DNA of 60,616 bases from Phoronis australis (taxonomy: Eukaryota; Animalia; Phoronida). The stretch spans positions 115,076 to 175,691 of the forward strand of contig NMRA01000102.1 in the NCBI GenBank assembly GCA_002633005.1. The letters are read 5' to 3'. The translations under genes and the position numbers were made by a program. A model generated the notes under the pieces. That model ran no database searches. It saw only the letters and a list, made by a program, of their open reading frames with translations, and was not told the origin of the DNA. Shown in pieces: positions 12,893-25,910 of the stretch (positions are counted from its first letter, which is position 1; every line of letters begins with the position of its first letter).

Positions 12893-13696
12893 TTAAGATG
12901 TCACAAAAACATGCTGAAACAAGCTGTCCAAATCTTCGAACATGAGCTCACTTTTGCAGTTGATTGGCACGGATAGTGGCGCAAATAAATCAAGGTCCTC
13001 GCCGGAGACAGAGTTGAGCTTTGATGCCGACGAATTTACAGTAAGGAGATCCATGTCGTATACTGTCAAGTCAAGGTCGTTTAACATTTCCTCAAACGTT
13101 GGCACGGGCTGGCAATTAGTGGCCACATGAGTATAACAGCTTAAGTAGTCTTTGTAGCTGAGGCTTTCAACAGCCTGATCTGGAACAGAGGTTAGATTGC
13201 TTGGTGGCGTGAGCGTCATTGTTTCCGTTAATATTGCCGGTGAAGGATCACTGATGTCCATGTATTGAGTAGCCACCAAATTGTTGCTGGCAGAGCTCAA
13301 AGAGTCTTCTTCATTGTAACACATGTCACATCTCGTGGTTTTTAACAAACTAACACTATTCACAATTCCTGAGTGATGTGAGTTACTAACGTCGCTCTGT
13401 TCGAAAAAGGGAGGCGCAACCTCCATTTCAGAATCGTCTGACTGAACTAGCGGAATGAGAGTTGTCCTGGACGGAGGATAGACACGGACCCCCTCATCTT
13501 TCAGCTCCTGCTCAATATGCTTGAGCGTGTTGAAAATGAGGACGGATCGTCGTAGCGATGGTTCCACCTTCCTCACCGGTTGTGTCTGCAACTTGCACAT
13601 GGACATGTCAAGTATTGACTGGCGCTGAGATGTAGCGTCAGTCAGCTCCATGGACAACAGAGGGCGCTTCATCCCTCTACCCACTTGGCTCAGCAT
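12893..13696 (-). CDS. SERTA domain-containing protein (SERTAD/TRIP-Br/CDCA4 family), 267 aa
   Basis: N-terminal GMKR motif, SERTA core QRQSILDMSMCKLQ...EPSLRRSVLIFNTLKHIEQEL, acidic C-terminal FEDLDSLFQHVF; splice acceptor about 10 nt upstream of the ATG. The paralog cannot be assigned. Confidence 0.92.
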   Translation of the reverse strand: MLSQVGRGMKRPLLSMELTDATSQRQSILDMSMCKLQTQPVRKVEPSLRRSVLIFNTLKHIEQELKDEGVRVYPPSRTTLIPLVQSDDSEMEVAPPFFEQSDVSNSHHSGIVNSVSLLKTTRCDMCYNEEDSLSSASNNLVATQYMDISDPSPAILTETMTLTPPSNLTSVPDQAVESLSYKDYLSCYTHVATNCQPVPTFEEMLNDLDLTVYDMDLLTVNSSASKLNSVSGEDLDLFAPLSVPINCKSELMFEDLDSLFQHVFVTS

Positions 13697-14759
13697 TCTC
13701 CCTTGTCTGAAACTGGAGAAACAGAAACTGAAAAATCAAATGTTCAATAAACAGAGAGAGTTTGATATTTTAGTCAGTACGGGGGGAGGGGGGGGGTTGT
13801 GAATCAATAAAATGCAGCAACAAGTTTGCAAATAAACAGAAAGATCAGCTTCAGGCAGCAGAAGACAGTAGTCCAAACCCCTACAACAGGTCAGTAACCT
13901 CCACAAGCAGGTCAATAACCTATGCTCTAATGAGACATAGTATATGGCAGGGACTTCACAATCAACTGTAACTACATATCATAAGCCTAAACCAACCACG
14001 TTGCACACTTTTGAGCTAAACAACTATAATTTTATCCACTGCGTAAGTTTCGGAATAAAATGAAATTCATTTTCTCCAATTTGACATTTTAGTCAAGTAA
14101 AAAAATGGGTGTTCTGGCTCTCAGGTGAAGCATCATCATAGCCTTTGTGCGCCGATGTGGGTAAAAACTGATCAAGTAGAATCTTCACAGAATTAGTGTT
14201 ATTAATGGCACTCTTCCTTGAGTATCCAAATTATTTATTGGCGCTCGGGAAAATTGCCGTTCTGCCGTTTATTCTGCTCCTAAAATTGTGATGCATTCTT
14301 TTAGGTCGGCTTTCATTGGTCAGTTTCTTTTTTCCCCGATTCTTCAATCAGCTGTTCTCTTCTACGAGGTTGTGTACATGGCACAACAAATTATCAAAAC
14401 TGGTTTCATTTCGTTACAAGTTTTTAGTATTTTAATACCAGCAAACCGAATTTCAGAACAAATCTTGCGTCATAAGATTGTTTTCCACTCAAACGGCTGC
14501 AACCTGCAAGGTGAGTGTTGGTTGACTCCTAGATTTTGCATGCGCCTGCGCCAGTCGCTTGTAGTTCTACATATTGATTTAAGTTTCACGACTAGGCGAC
14601 ACGCAGAACTACCCAGGCTGTGGAACATTTCAGGGTCTAATGGAGCTCAACACGCAGTGCTACCAAGCTGTATTTTGACGATAGTCTTCACACAGCTAGC
14701 TGACCGGTTACGTCATAACACGCAGTAGCACAGACCGGACAAAAAAGTAGTTATCTAAC

Positions 14760-14936
14760 TACATTTTGTCCAGCGGTCATGTTCAGTCTCCGGCGGTGTT
14801 TTGTGGCAGGGCAGCTTTTTTAAGGTGCGTCAGTCCCATTTTCTGGTGCAGCGGTCCCATTTGATCCCCGTAAGTCCTGTTTTGGGTGAGTCGGTCCGAT
14901 ATGGAAGACCGGTGGTCATGCTGTTTCTCACTTGTG
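14760..14936 (-). mobile_element. Terminal part of a dispersed element with a CAC terminus
   Basis: Reverse-complement match to 47216-47321 (CACRRGTGAGAAACARCATGACC...GGGATCAAATGGGACCG...GGGACTGACGCACC). Confidence 0.65.
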
Positions 14937-16328
14937 CACCTGTGACACACCAGAAATCATCACTCAACGCAAGCAGAGCTTTTAAAAAATGGCAGCAATT
15001 CAGGGTGTTATTTGTGGTGAGTTTTAGAATATTTCTCTATAGTGCCACTGTAAACTGTCAGGAAAGGGTAAGAAATAGCAGCACTTACTTAAATTCATCA
15101 CCAAATGAAAATTTCCACCAAAAGGTATTTAAAAAGAACCCAGACATTTGAAAGAACTTGAGAATGAGCACAGTCATAATTAGGGCAGTTCCATCTTATC
15201 TGTTGCTTTGTGAGCTCGGCTTGCACGAGGACAAAGTACCCTTGGAAAAATTACCCTACCTTCAAAAGTTGATTATATTTATGCATCCTTGGATAAATAG
15301 TAGCACCCATGCCAAGTTCTCACAGTCATGTTTAGTAGCTTTAGCACAAATCGTGACCACACTAATATATAACTTAGTGACAACTTGTTCTTGACGTAAC
15401 GGTGTTGTAGGGTGACTGGCATATTAGATGAACCAGGGATCTAGGAGCACAAAAATAGTTAAACCCTGGTTTTTAGGATACAAATAAATTATTTAAACAA
15501 TCACACAGTTGTTTTCATGCTTTTCAAGAACTCATGACTCAACATCAACAATATAAAATGTCATTTTGATGAAAAATATTAGTTTCAATGAGTGAATCAT
15601 ACAGCAGCAGGACAACACTTCCAAACTGCATTCAGTCGAGAGCTATTTACTCCCTCTTTTGGAAAACCAAGTAAACAACTCAACAAGGTATGCATGCTAT
15701 TTCTTCACCAACATACAATATGGCCGATGAGTAAAATTTTACTATGTTGAATTTCTCAACAAAATTATGATTATGCAATTGTTAGCCTGTTTTTAGCTTT
15801 TGTAGTTTGTGTAAACAAATAATGAGAACTGTAAATGTCATTAGGTCAAGTTTACATCCCTTACAACAAGGTAATCAGTCATGGAAAATTTGAAAAAATA
15901 TAATTTTGGCAACTACTTTCGTGCACAAAAAGCAAAGAATTATTGACAGCCAAGTGTTTAACTACACATTCTGTTAAACAAATAATAAATCTGTGAGGGG
16001 GACTTTCTTTACTCAATCTTCCTAATGATGTGCTGACCTACTTTGTAACTTGCTGAGTAAAAGAATAGTAACCCCAGGTCACCTGTTGTCGACTGAGAAA
16101 CCAAAGGCAGGCTCTGCTTGACTAATGAAATTCAGCTGATTCTGTGACTTTTAATCGTTTTTTGTGTTACTGTAGCCTTGGTATAAATTTTTTTTTAAGA
16201 TTCTCATTAGTGCGTTTTACAGCCAACTGTTGTCATACATCCCATGAGCGGCATTTTGCCTTTTTCGCACCGGATTTGGACAATTCTATATACAATCAGC
16301 AAATTACCAGTATGTGTTAATTAGATAT

Positions 16329-16570
16329 AGTAAATAAATAGACGCTGAGTTGGCCAGTAGTGAAATATATCAAATAAACACAGAAAAATCAGGAACCCCA
16401 ACAGTAATTACATAGATATCGGGTCCTCAGTAGCTCAGTGGTAAAAGCACTAGACCGGGAATCTAGAGACCTGTGGTTCGATTCCCAGTTGGGGTTCCTG
16501 ATCTTTCTGTGTTTATTTGATTTATTTGATATATTTCACTACTGGAAACCTCACCATCTATTTATTTACT
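16329..16570. mobile_element. Fold-back element with ~75-bp inverted arms around the tRNA-like core
   Basis: 16329-16402 is the reverse complement of 16488-16570 apart from a 9-bp duplication and a few mismatches. Confidence 0.75.
16424..16496 (+). pseudogene. tRNA-derived sequence (SINE head or pseudo-tRNA)
   Basis: A box TAGCTCAGTGGT, B box GGTTCGATTCC, anticodon stem CTAGA/TCTAG with a non-canonical loop CCGGGAA (no U33), bulged T stem. Confidence 0.75.
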
Positions 16571-17509
16571 CTTTCTTAAAGTTATTGGAAAATTGGGAAA
16601 CACTCATTTACAAGGAGGAGCAGCCAGAAAATTAGGAGGCCAACCATTTATGGAATGGAGTTATTTGTAAGGAGCTTTAAGGATGAAGTCACACTTAAAT
16701 TGTTCTGCAAACATCACCAGGGGTTAATTCATAAACATAAGGAATCCCTCACAGTCCAAGAGACTGTAGAGCAGCCAAATGGTATATGAAGTATACCGTA
16801 ACGGTATTCACCCTAATAAGCGCCCAGGGCGCTCAGAAAAATTCGCTTCAGGAAGGGGAGCGCTTACTATAGCCCTAAGTGGTTGAAACCCCGTCACCGA
16901 AACAGGTGAAATCGTGAGCTAGAATTAATCAAATTTACGCTTTGAGACGCATCTGTAACCTATGACAGAGTTTCTACAAAATTGCAGTGCATTGCTATCA
17001 AACTTTGTTAAATTACAAGCATTTTTCAGAAAATCCCAAACTCGCCGACTGATGCCTCGCTGCCTCGCGATTGCCGATAGGTCAACTTAAATTCTTGAGT
17101 AAAAATATAGTTTCGACTCAACAAATTACCTGAAGTCCTCCTTAAGTTTTCAAAATAGCGTCCCTAACATTTTTAAGTTCCTGTGAAGTCGGTACTAACT
17201 GCATATTAAGTCCAAATCTACGCTAGAACGTATTCCACAACACGAGAAAAATCTCTGGACGAGCACATATGTTGTTGTCACGTGATATTTGTTTGAAGTT
17301 CGTCTGCGTGTGTGACTGAGCGAGCGCGTGCGTGTCATCAGAGTTCATTTGCCAGAGTAAACGTGATCTAGGTGTGCATTGTAACACAAGCAGTAAAGCA
17401 GAACGTGTTTTATTTAGCACTTGTTGATCTCATCTGCTAAAAATCATTCGAGAATTGTCTCGGTAAGGCCGATATTGAGTCGCTGGGTGACTAGATGCAT
17501 GACAGTCTA

Positions 17510-18585
17510 ATTTTATGAAAATCTGTTGAGGACCTTTGAAGATACTGAGTTAAACGTAAAAAACTAAAATTGCCACTAGGGGGCACAGCAGTAGTCAGAT
17601 CTGTTCGAAAGTCGTCGTCATCCGTAGTCAACATCATATAAATACATTTGCTAAATTAAGTAAAGATCATGCGAACTGTTTAGGAGATACAGCCATAGGC
17701 ACAACAAAAACAAAACTGCCACTAGGAGGCACCACAGTAGTTGAAATCGTTTGAAAATCATCGTCCTCTTTATAGTAAGCAGCTACATGCCAATTTTCAC
17801 AATCACCCTTTGAGCGGCTTGGTTGATAGACGGGTGGACGCAAAAAAACAGACTCGAAAACAGTAAAAATGGCAACTTGGTGGCGCAAACTATGTCGAAT
17901 CCATCCAAAAACAGAGGACAGCTTCATCTCACTAATAGGTGCCTACATATTAAATTTCATGAAAATCCGTTAAGGACTTTTGAAGATACAAAGGTAAACG
18001 TTAAAAAAATAAAATTGCCACTAGGGGGCATATCGGTAGTTGGATCCATCCAAAAGTCGTCGCCGTCTGTTGTTAACATCGTATATATATACTTACTAAA
18101 TTTCGATTATACAGAATTTGTAAATGCACGACACTTTTCATTGTTCACAGTCTTTATTCCGTTACGTTTGTACTTTCGGAACAAAACTTTACTCAACTGA
18201 ACATAGATACAGTAACTGACTTAGCAACATAATTAAAAGACACACGATATTTCGAAACATACTTGGTTGATAGACGGGTGGATGCAAAAAAACACAGACT
18301 TGAAAACAGTAAAAATGGCCACTAGGTGGCGCAAACTACGTTGAACAGGAGGATAGCGTCATCTCACTAATAGGTGCCTACATGCCAAATTTCATGAAAA
18401 TCCGTTCAGGACTTTTGAAGATACAAAGGTAAGCATAAAAAACTAAAATTGCCACTAGGGAGCACACCGGTAGTCGGAACTGTCCGAAAGTTCGCTCATG
18501 CCGTCCCATTTATGAATGGAACATATGTGCCAAATTTCATGAACGTATGTCAAAGGGTTTTGGAGACAGAGCAGCGGACGCCGGG
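17510..18585 (-). mobile_element. HINE/DINE-1-like element, inverted, interrupted at about 18105-18263
   Basis: Same monomers as 8125-9322; six GCCACTAGG-type motifs. Confidence 0.75.
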
Positions 18586-21162
18586 TAGAATTACACATCT
18601 CACTAGTTAAGTGTCACACAATGACCATGAGACACCACACTGGCAGCAGACATCACACTAGTTATAAGTGACAGAATGACCATGAGACACTGACAGTAGT
18701 CATCTCCTACTTAAGAATGAGACACCACACTCACAACAGTCATTTTCCAGGTCACCACATGTTGTCCACAGTTCAAGGTCAAGTAACTAGGAGCTAACAG
18801 CTACCCTCTGTCTGATACACACTCCTAACAAAGTCTAGTGACAACAGGCTCTCATCAAGATCAATATCAGGCTAGAATAGCCAGCACATGAATTATTAAG
18901 CAGGTGCCATATATGGAGAGCAGCAAGGACAATGAACCAATCACAAAGGAGCAAAAGGGTGCCCAGAGGTGAATCAGTGCCATGTTCCCTGCACAAAGGG
19001 TTAGTGCAGGTCAGACAGAAAGAGCTGACTATATGAGACATACATGAACCCCCAGCACAAGCATGTTCAACACCTGCAACAGCCTGAAGGAGACTATGGC
19101 TGCAATGGAACAGCATTTAACATACAACAGCTAAGAGAAGTCTCCACATCGAAAGTCTCAATGAAACTGATATTCATGTATTTGACCAACAGTGAATTTG
19201 ACATATCATAGTAGGCCTACGGAAAGTATAACTAGACAAAAGATTGAAACTTGAAGGGGCAAAACCCACGTATGGCAATAAAATGGGTCTCTATTTGTTC
19301 CTTGCAAAGTCAATTCTGAGTTTGCAAAGACCTGACAGTATGGACAATTTTGACAGAAAGTGGTCCAAATCAAAAGTTGATTTTTGTGATGGAATGCAGG
19401 TTTAAAGTCGGTTTAATCTTAAAAACCATGATTTAAAGTAAATGTTACCATCGCAATAAAAAACTAGAAAAATATAACAATGAAGTACTTATTTTTTTGA
19501 CAAACTAAGTAAACAAAGCATCTAGACTTATGAATCATAATAATTTGCTTTTCAGGTGAAAACCTAGAAAAATTAGTAAGGGTAGGAGGTATTCGATCTG
19601 ATTTATTTAGGAGGAATTTGATTATTTTCCATACAATTCTTGTTTGTCAGATTTTTTCATTTTTTTCAACTATAAGCAGTTAACTTACCACTCATGCCAA
19701 AACTGTTAAATATTTGGTAAGATTTCAATGAATTAACCATCTTGAGCTATTTATCTGTTCAGTACCTCAATAATACTCTTCAAAAGATACACAAAACTTT
19801 GTAAGAACCTATGGGCGAAAATTGGAACTAAGAATTAAATTGAAATTTTGAGCCGCAGACAAAGCAGATGAACAGAGGCTGTCCTTTTGTTTTGTGTTTT
19901 CAATACGCAAAATTCAAAATAATGCAAAACTGGTTCTAGCTCCTGTATGTGGCACTTTCTTTATAGGGAAACCAGTTTGTGACATTTCCTGGTGACCTCA
20001 TGATTTAAGTAAGTATGTTTGAATACGATATTTTTATAGTTGTGTGAGGGGAATTTTTGACCCAATGAGGGGAATTTTATTCGTTCATAGGGTGCTAAGT
20101 GATCAAAACTGTATGCACTTGGAAAGGTGGAGCCATCAGAGTTCTATACGTGTAGAATTTGGAATGGAGATCAAAGAAAAATCATTTTCTTTTTTGTAAG
20201 TGGCACAGTGCAAGAGGACAAAGTGAATAAATTAATTGATCACCTATATTCCACACAACAATGGACACACAAGTGACACTTTATTTCGTCATATCATTAA
20301 AAAAATCAGTTTTTTGGTTTGCATCATACACATCAAAGAATACCACTCAGTAAAGTTTTCAGTATTTACAGTAATATAAACAAAATTTGAAAAAATGGCA
20401 AATCTGATATTTTTCAGCAAAATAGTGAAAAATAGCACAAGTCCACCCCTATGTCAACAAACTCTTAAGACAGTGACACTGAGAGGTACATGCGCCTTTG
20501 TGAATGACCCGATTCTGATGTCCTTGTCAGTTAAACACAGTGCCTTGGCATAACATATTACAAAATGATAGCTAAAGAAAACAGTTTACAGGTTTAAGAC
20601 AGTTATAAGCCTTTTCGACAGCCTTGTCTAAAAGGTCTTTCCCACTGCCTCCAAAGCTTCGGTATTACCGAAGCTGCAGTCAATGGGAACACTGGGTCTT
20701 TTATCAAAGTTAACAGCGCTAGTTAACTCCGAAGTTAAAAGGTGGATTTAACAGTGAAGCGTCGACGCTTCCGTATAATGAGAACACTTAACTTCAATGC
20801 CATCGGAGTTATCAACAGGTGTCACTGTGTCCACCAACAGTGGGTTAATATTTCTTAATATTTCTTAATATTTTGTTCCAATATTTGTTAATTTGACAAT
20901 ATAAGCATTGTGTTTTAGTTTGGCTACATCGTTTGAGGGCAAGAAGTTGAACAAAAACAGTACGAAAGGATACAGGCCAAATGAGATAAATTAATCATCC
21001 ATAGCTCGTTATACGGGCCAAGGACATACTGGTGCCACCTTGCGATAACTTCGCTGAACTATAATACAGAAGTTGATGTGAACACTCTCAATTTCAGATA
21101 ACATCGAAGCTTCGATTGTTGCGAACTGTATGGGAAAGAGCCTTCAAGCTTACAAACAAGAT

Positions 21163-21260
21163 TGGACAGAACCATGGACATTCAGCCTCTCAGACTGGAC
21201 AGAACCATGGACATTCAGCCTCTCACATTGGACAGAACCATGGACATTTCAGCCTCTCAG
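21163..21260. repeat. 30-bp tandem repeat, 3 copies
   Basis: TGGACAGAACCATGGACATTCAGCCTCTCA repeated. Confidence 0.9.
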
Positions 21261-22157
21261 CTTGTGCTAAATGCAAATCTTGGCAGCATAATAAACAATG
21301 TGATCATACCATGACTTGCAGTTAACTGCTAGCATAAGAGTAGAGCTTGGATAAGAGTGTAGAAACAGAAATCAATAGTTTGTTTGAAGGCATAGTTCAG
21401 TAACAGACCTAGAGCCAGCAATGAACTGTAAAGTTTGAAGTGGCTATGTCTCACTCAATTTGTGACAATGAAAATTGGCTTTTCCTCCCAAAGTATTGGG
21501 AGTTGTTCTGGTGTTCAGTGCTTCATCAAACGTTGTGTGTTAGGAAACAAGTTAGATTAGCAAACACGTGTCATTTTATTTCGTCAAATTTCCCAACAAA
21601 ATTAAACTTTGAGAAAAATTTGAAATTCATCATTAGCATGATTCATAGAGAACAACTAACATCCAAACAAAACTTTGGCAAAGTCTTTAGCATTTAAGGT
21701 AACAATCCAATCAGCCTATTAAAAAGGAAAAATTGCTACTTTGACATTGATTTTAATCCAAAATTGTAGAGAATTGCCACAGTTGTCAAGTTCACTGTTG
21801 CAAAGACATTTCACATTTATGAAATGAAACGCTAGGTCAACGACTAACAAAATATATATTTTCTGAGTCTGAATGCTCACTGACTGAGAAAGTGTGAATA
21901 CATATCTTAAAAATGTCATTTAGTGTCAGCTGCCTTCCAAGAGAGTTATTTTTGCATTAAAGAAGAATTTCTGAAAAACCTACACTAGGGGTGACTTTTG
22001 AACAAGACCTTCTTGAACTATCTATTTAAGGAAGCAGGTCTCACACACCACAGCAGTCGAATTCTGCATTTTTGATACTTGATATCTGTCTTTGGAAAGA
22101 CAGTAAAAAATGGGACACACCTCCAACAGCAATACACTATTTAAATTGTGTAAAAAA

Positions 22158-22368
22158 CACATGGATCGCCCACACACATATGGATCACCCGCACGCATAT
22201 GGATCACCTACACGCATATTGATCACTCACACGCATATGGATCACCCACACACATATGGATCACTCACATGCATATGGATCACCCACATACATATGGATC
22301 ACCCACACACATATGGATCACTCACATGCATATGGATCACCTACATACATATGGGTCACCCATATACA
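22158..22368. repeat. About 18-20-bp minisatellite, about 11 copies
   Basis: ATATGGATCACYCACAC variants in tandem. Confidence 0.9.
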
Positions 22369-23643
22369 CTGAACAAAAATTAATATTCAAAACTGCCAAA
22401 AGCGGCTAAAATATTCAAACATCAGAAAATGGCCAATGGAGATTTGTCATGCAATTTCTTGCATGAGAGCCTATGAAAAAATAAGACTGAGATTTTTAAG
22501 AAAATTGTAACAGCGTTTTTGAGATTTCATAGTGAACACTTATATCAAACAAAATTTGGTCATATTATTTACACCGTTGTTTTGCTCCTTCTTTTTTGCT
22601 AAATTTAACTATAAAAACATGGCCATATAACCCAATCAACAGCAGATTGGTATAATATCAAATTAAAAAAAAATTCCTTCATAAAATAATAATTATTCTT
22701 AGTTAAAATCTATAGTTTTGTAGACATTTGGTTAAATATATACCTACAAGTGGAAAAAGTCGTACATAACTTTAGGCACAGGACCCTTTTAACTATCCTC
22801 CTGTTTCAAATAGCCACGATAGGAAATAGCACAAGATCTAGAAATTAGAGGAAGGTGGAATAGTTACTGATTCATTCTGCGCATGGCTCCTCTTGTTAAG
22901 GACCCAGTGACTCACATACACGAACAAGTGTGGCAGCCAAATTTGTATGATTCATCAAAGCCACAGAAAGTGAAAATGGACAAGTACGTTTATGACTTGG
23001 CTTTCGAAATTTGGAGCTTGCATGAAGTATTAATATTAATACCACTGTCATTAAAAAAGAGTTTGATAAATAAAGTGACCACTGATATCGGGTCATTAAA
23101 TGTTTTAATCTTTTGGTTGACCAGGAAGCTCATGTCAGTTCACGGAATGCCCCACCAGGTAAAGAAAACGACAAAGGTCAGCGCCTTTGTAAATATAAGT
23201 ATATTAAATTTCAACCGAAAATTTGTCTATAAATGTTTAGAAATAATTTTGTGCAACAGTAAATATGGACAATATTGCTGAAGTTTCACTTTTAGATTGG
23301 TTTCGATTTGGCGACAATCAAGTTCCTCATAGCCATAGGCCTAATGAACAGTTGATGAATGATGAAGTCGAAGATTGCCCTCGGCTCAGGGTCAAAAGTT
23401 TGTAACAATCCCTCGTATTAAACTTTCACCCCTACGAGTTAGTTTAACCAAACTTAAGACCGAACACATAAAAAACTTTATCAACAAACACACATTAAAA
23501 CAATTTCTAGCAAGAGCAAAAACCCGAGAAAGTTTAAAAGGAAAGCACGGTGAACGTGACCCACTTTCGTCGACGTTGCCAGGCCGGTGGCTCAGCTGAC
23601 GGGCTTTATAATTTGATCGTTGAAAGTTTGAAAGAAAACGTAC

Positions 23644-23910
23644 CTCGCTTCAGATACTTCATTTAGATTGCCAACTTTGCGACTCTCTTCCCTCTATAAA
23701 GATGATGTAAACTGTTCGCAATGTAAAACGCAATATTCACCAAACGTCTCTAAATTTTCCACTGTCATTTGAAGTTTCCTTGAGCTGATCGATAAACACG
23801 ACTGGTCTCTGATTGGCTGATATCAAAGGTTATGAACTCTGGGGAACTTGTTGACAAAGCTCCAGAAAATGGCCAAGAAGTGATGATTGGATTGGTTCCT
23901 GCCGGCGCAA
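23644..23910 (-). promoter_or_regulatory. Candidate promoter and non-coding first exon of the SERTA gene
   Basis: Minus-strand donor AG|GTACGT at 23643, three CCAAT boxes (ATTGG at about 23812, 23886, 23891), CpG-rich context. Linkage to the acceptor at about 13707 is inferred. Confidence 0.4.
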
Positions 23911-24104
23911 CCCGTTAAGGCTCGACTTCACTTACGCAAGGGCGAAGATGCATCACCCGAGATGTTCGTTCTTCTTCATATCCCACATATAAATTAAATT
24001 TCTCATAACTTAACTTATTTTCGAATAAAACAAAACAAACTTACTCCGAGAAAGTGATTTAGCGAAGACCACTACGGCGTTGCTCCCGCCCAACATGTTC
24101 GGTT

Positions 24105-24627
24105 CTATAGCCCAACAACAAGTTGGGAAGTTTTCCCCTGTAGCCAATATCTTACACGACTGATTAACTCTCCATTCGGGCATTCATGGTTGGAGGGCCA
24201 GCTCTCTTTTGTTTGATAATTGCTCAAATCTTCAATAAGATCATAGCCTTTCTTACCCTAGCTGGACTGCGCTGTGCTGTTAAAAATAAAAGTTAAAGTT
24301 AAGTTATAATATATTTGAACATAAACCAATAGCGCTTCTGAAGTCCTCGTCAAATGGTGATCATGTTTAGTTTTTGAATCGCCAAAATCGCCCAACTGCA
24401 ACCGAAGTTACGATAATCTATGGCGAATGCGCCGAATTCGCTCTGGGTTTGGCGGTGTTCACACGGCGTTGCCTCGCTGTAATAAGCCTGGTAGATAATT
24501 GGCGTACCTGTTGTCATAACAGACAAAAGACAGCGCGTGCTTGGCAGTTAACAAAGAATCTAGATCTTATCACACGCTCAGAACAGCCATCGTCTGCATG
24601 GTAGAGTCACTGAACGGGAAAACGCTG
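24105..24627 (-). mobile_element. Second copy of the 640-1120 dispersed repeat
   Basis: Reverse-complement similarity over about 500 bp. Confidence 0.75.
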
Positions 24628-25756
24628 TCATGACAATTTGCTAAACTTTTTTGCTAGCTCAGCCACCTTATGTTGACACCACTTGCCAGAAGTTACCGTA
24701 GTATCACAGGCGGCGCACCATGAGGGCGATGGGGGGCTTAACTCAATCACCGCCTGTGGTCTATGGGCGGTGCACCACAGGGGGTAGGGGGCTATAGCCC
24801 CCCACTTCTGTGCTGCGTCGCCCATGCCGCCGGCATAGTGGCGGATTTGTGCGTCATTACTGCTTGAACAAAAGAAATGAGGTCAGCGGCACTCGACCGC
24901 CGAGTAAGGGATTTAATTGGTGGGTATAATGACCCAATGCTTCGGACGGACGGAGCCGCGCCGGACATGACCCCAATGCATACCGTATACACTGCGCTTT
25001 CCTTTTTCCAATGAGTACATCATGTTAATTGTCCACAAGTGTTTTTGGTCTGACTGTACTGCATGTGATCACTAGGGACTAACTCACGGAAGCAGTCTAC
25101 TAAAGGATACCCAAAGTGCAAAAAAGACCCCTGAAAGCCTAAAAAATCTATCGCGCCAGAACCTATTAATATATGTTGTGAGGATCGACCAACTTGAAAA
25201 TTTAACACGTCAGGACCGAAAATTTATCACATCAGAACAAAAAAACTATCACGCCTCACTGCAAATTTATCGCACCACGACATAGACTTTCTTGCCATGC
25301 AAAAATTCCTTGCCAGCCTCCCGTTCAGTAACGCTAGGACCTTGCGATAAAGTGAGTGTCGTGGGTGAGACATTGTGTACATATTACGTCATTTCTTTGC
25401 AGGGTACACACACTTGCGGACGGTCACGTGGTCTCCTGACATGAAATTTTCCTGGCGTAATAAATTTCTGTCCTGGTGTGATAAATTTTCGATCCTGACT
25501 CGATAACTTTTGGTCTCGAGTATATTTTTTGGTTCTGCAGAGAATTTAATTCTTGAATAGAAAATTTGTCCTGGAAATTTTTCCACTTTATTGGCTTTCC
25601 CTATATAGTACACCAGCCGCGTGCATGTTAACGTTAAACATCGTTCTTTTGGCATGAATGGCATCTATAGCTAACCGAAAGTATACCAGAAGATTGAAAA
25701 TGGCACCTGATCTCACTGACACGTCACTTGTCACTATTACACTGATTGCCACACCT

Positions 25757-25910
25757 CAGTGGCGGATTTAGAGGGGGGCCAAGGGTGCCATGCCCCCCTA
25801 CAATTCTCCCTGATTCCTTGGCAGTTCGCGGGTGCGAATGTCTGACGGGCAAAACCCTGGCTAATACTTTGCCCTGGGCCCCCTAACTCAAAATCCTGGA
25901 TCCGCCTCTC
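25757..25910. mobile_element. GC-rich MITE with a 5-bp TSD
   Basis: Ends CAGTGGCGGAT / ATCCGCCTCTC flanked by CACCT on both sides; same family as 39838-40137. Confidence 0.75.

Noticed and set aside
14288-15151. 146-aa and 116-aa ORFs
   Set aside because: No recognisable domain; the region includes a dispersed repeat and lies antisense within the presumed SERTAD intron.
16424-16496. Functional tRNA-Pro(GGG) gene
   Set aside because: No U33, bulged T stem, imperfect acceptor and D stems, and a GGG anticodon is atypical in eukaryotes; treated as a tRNA-derived repeat.
22072-22409. His-rich ORFs (HMDHPHTYGS)n
   Set aside because: Minisatellite translation with frame-shifting unit lengths.
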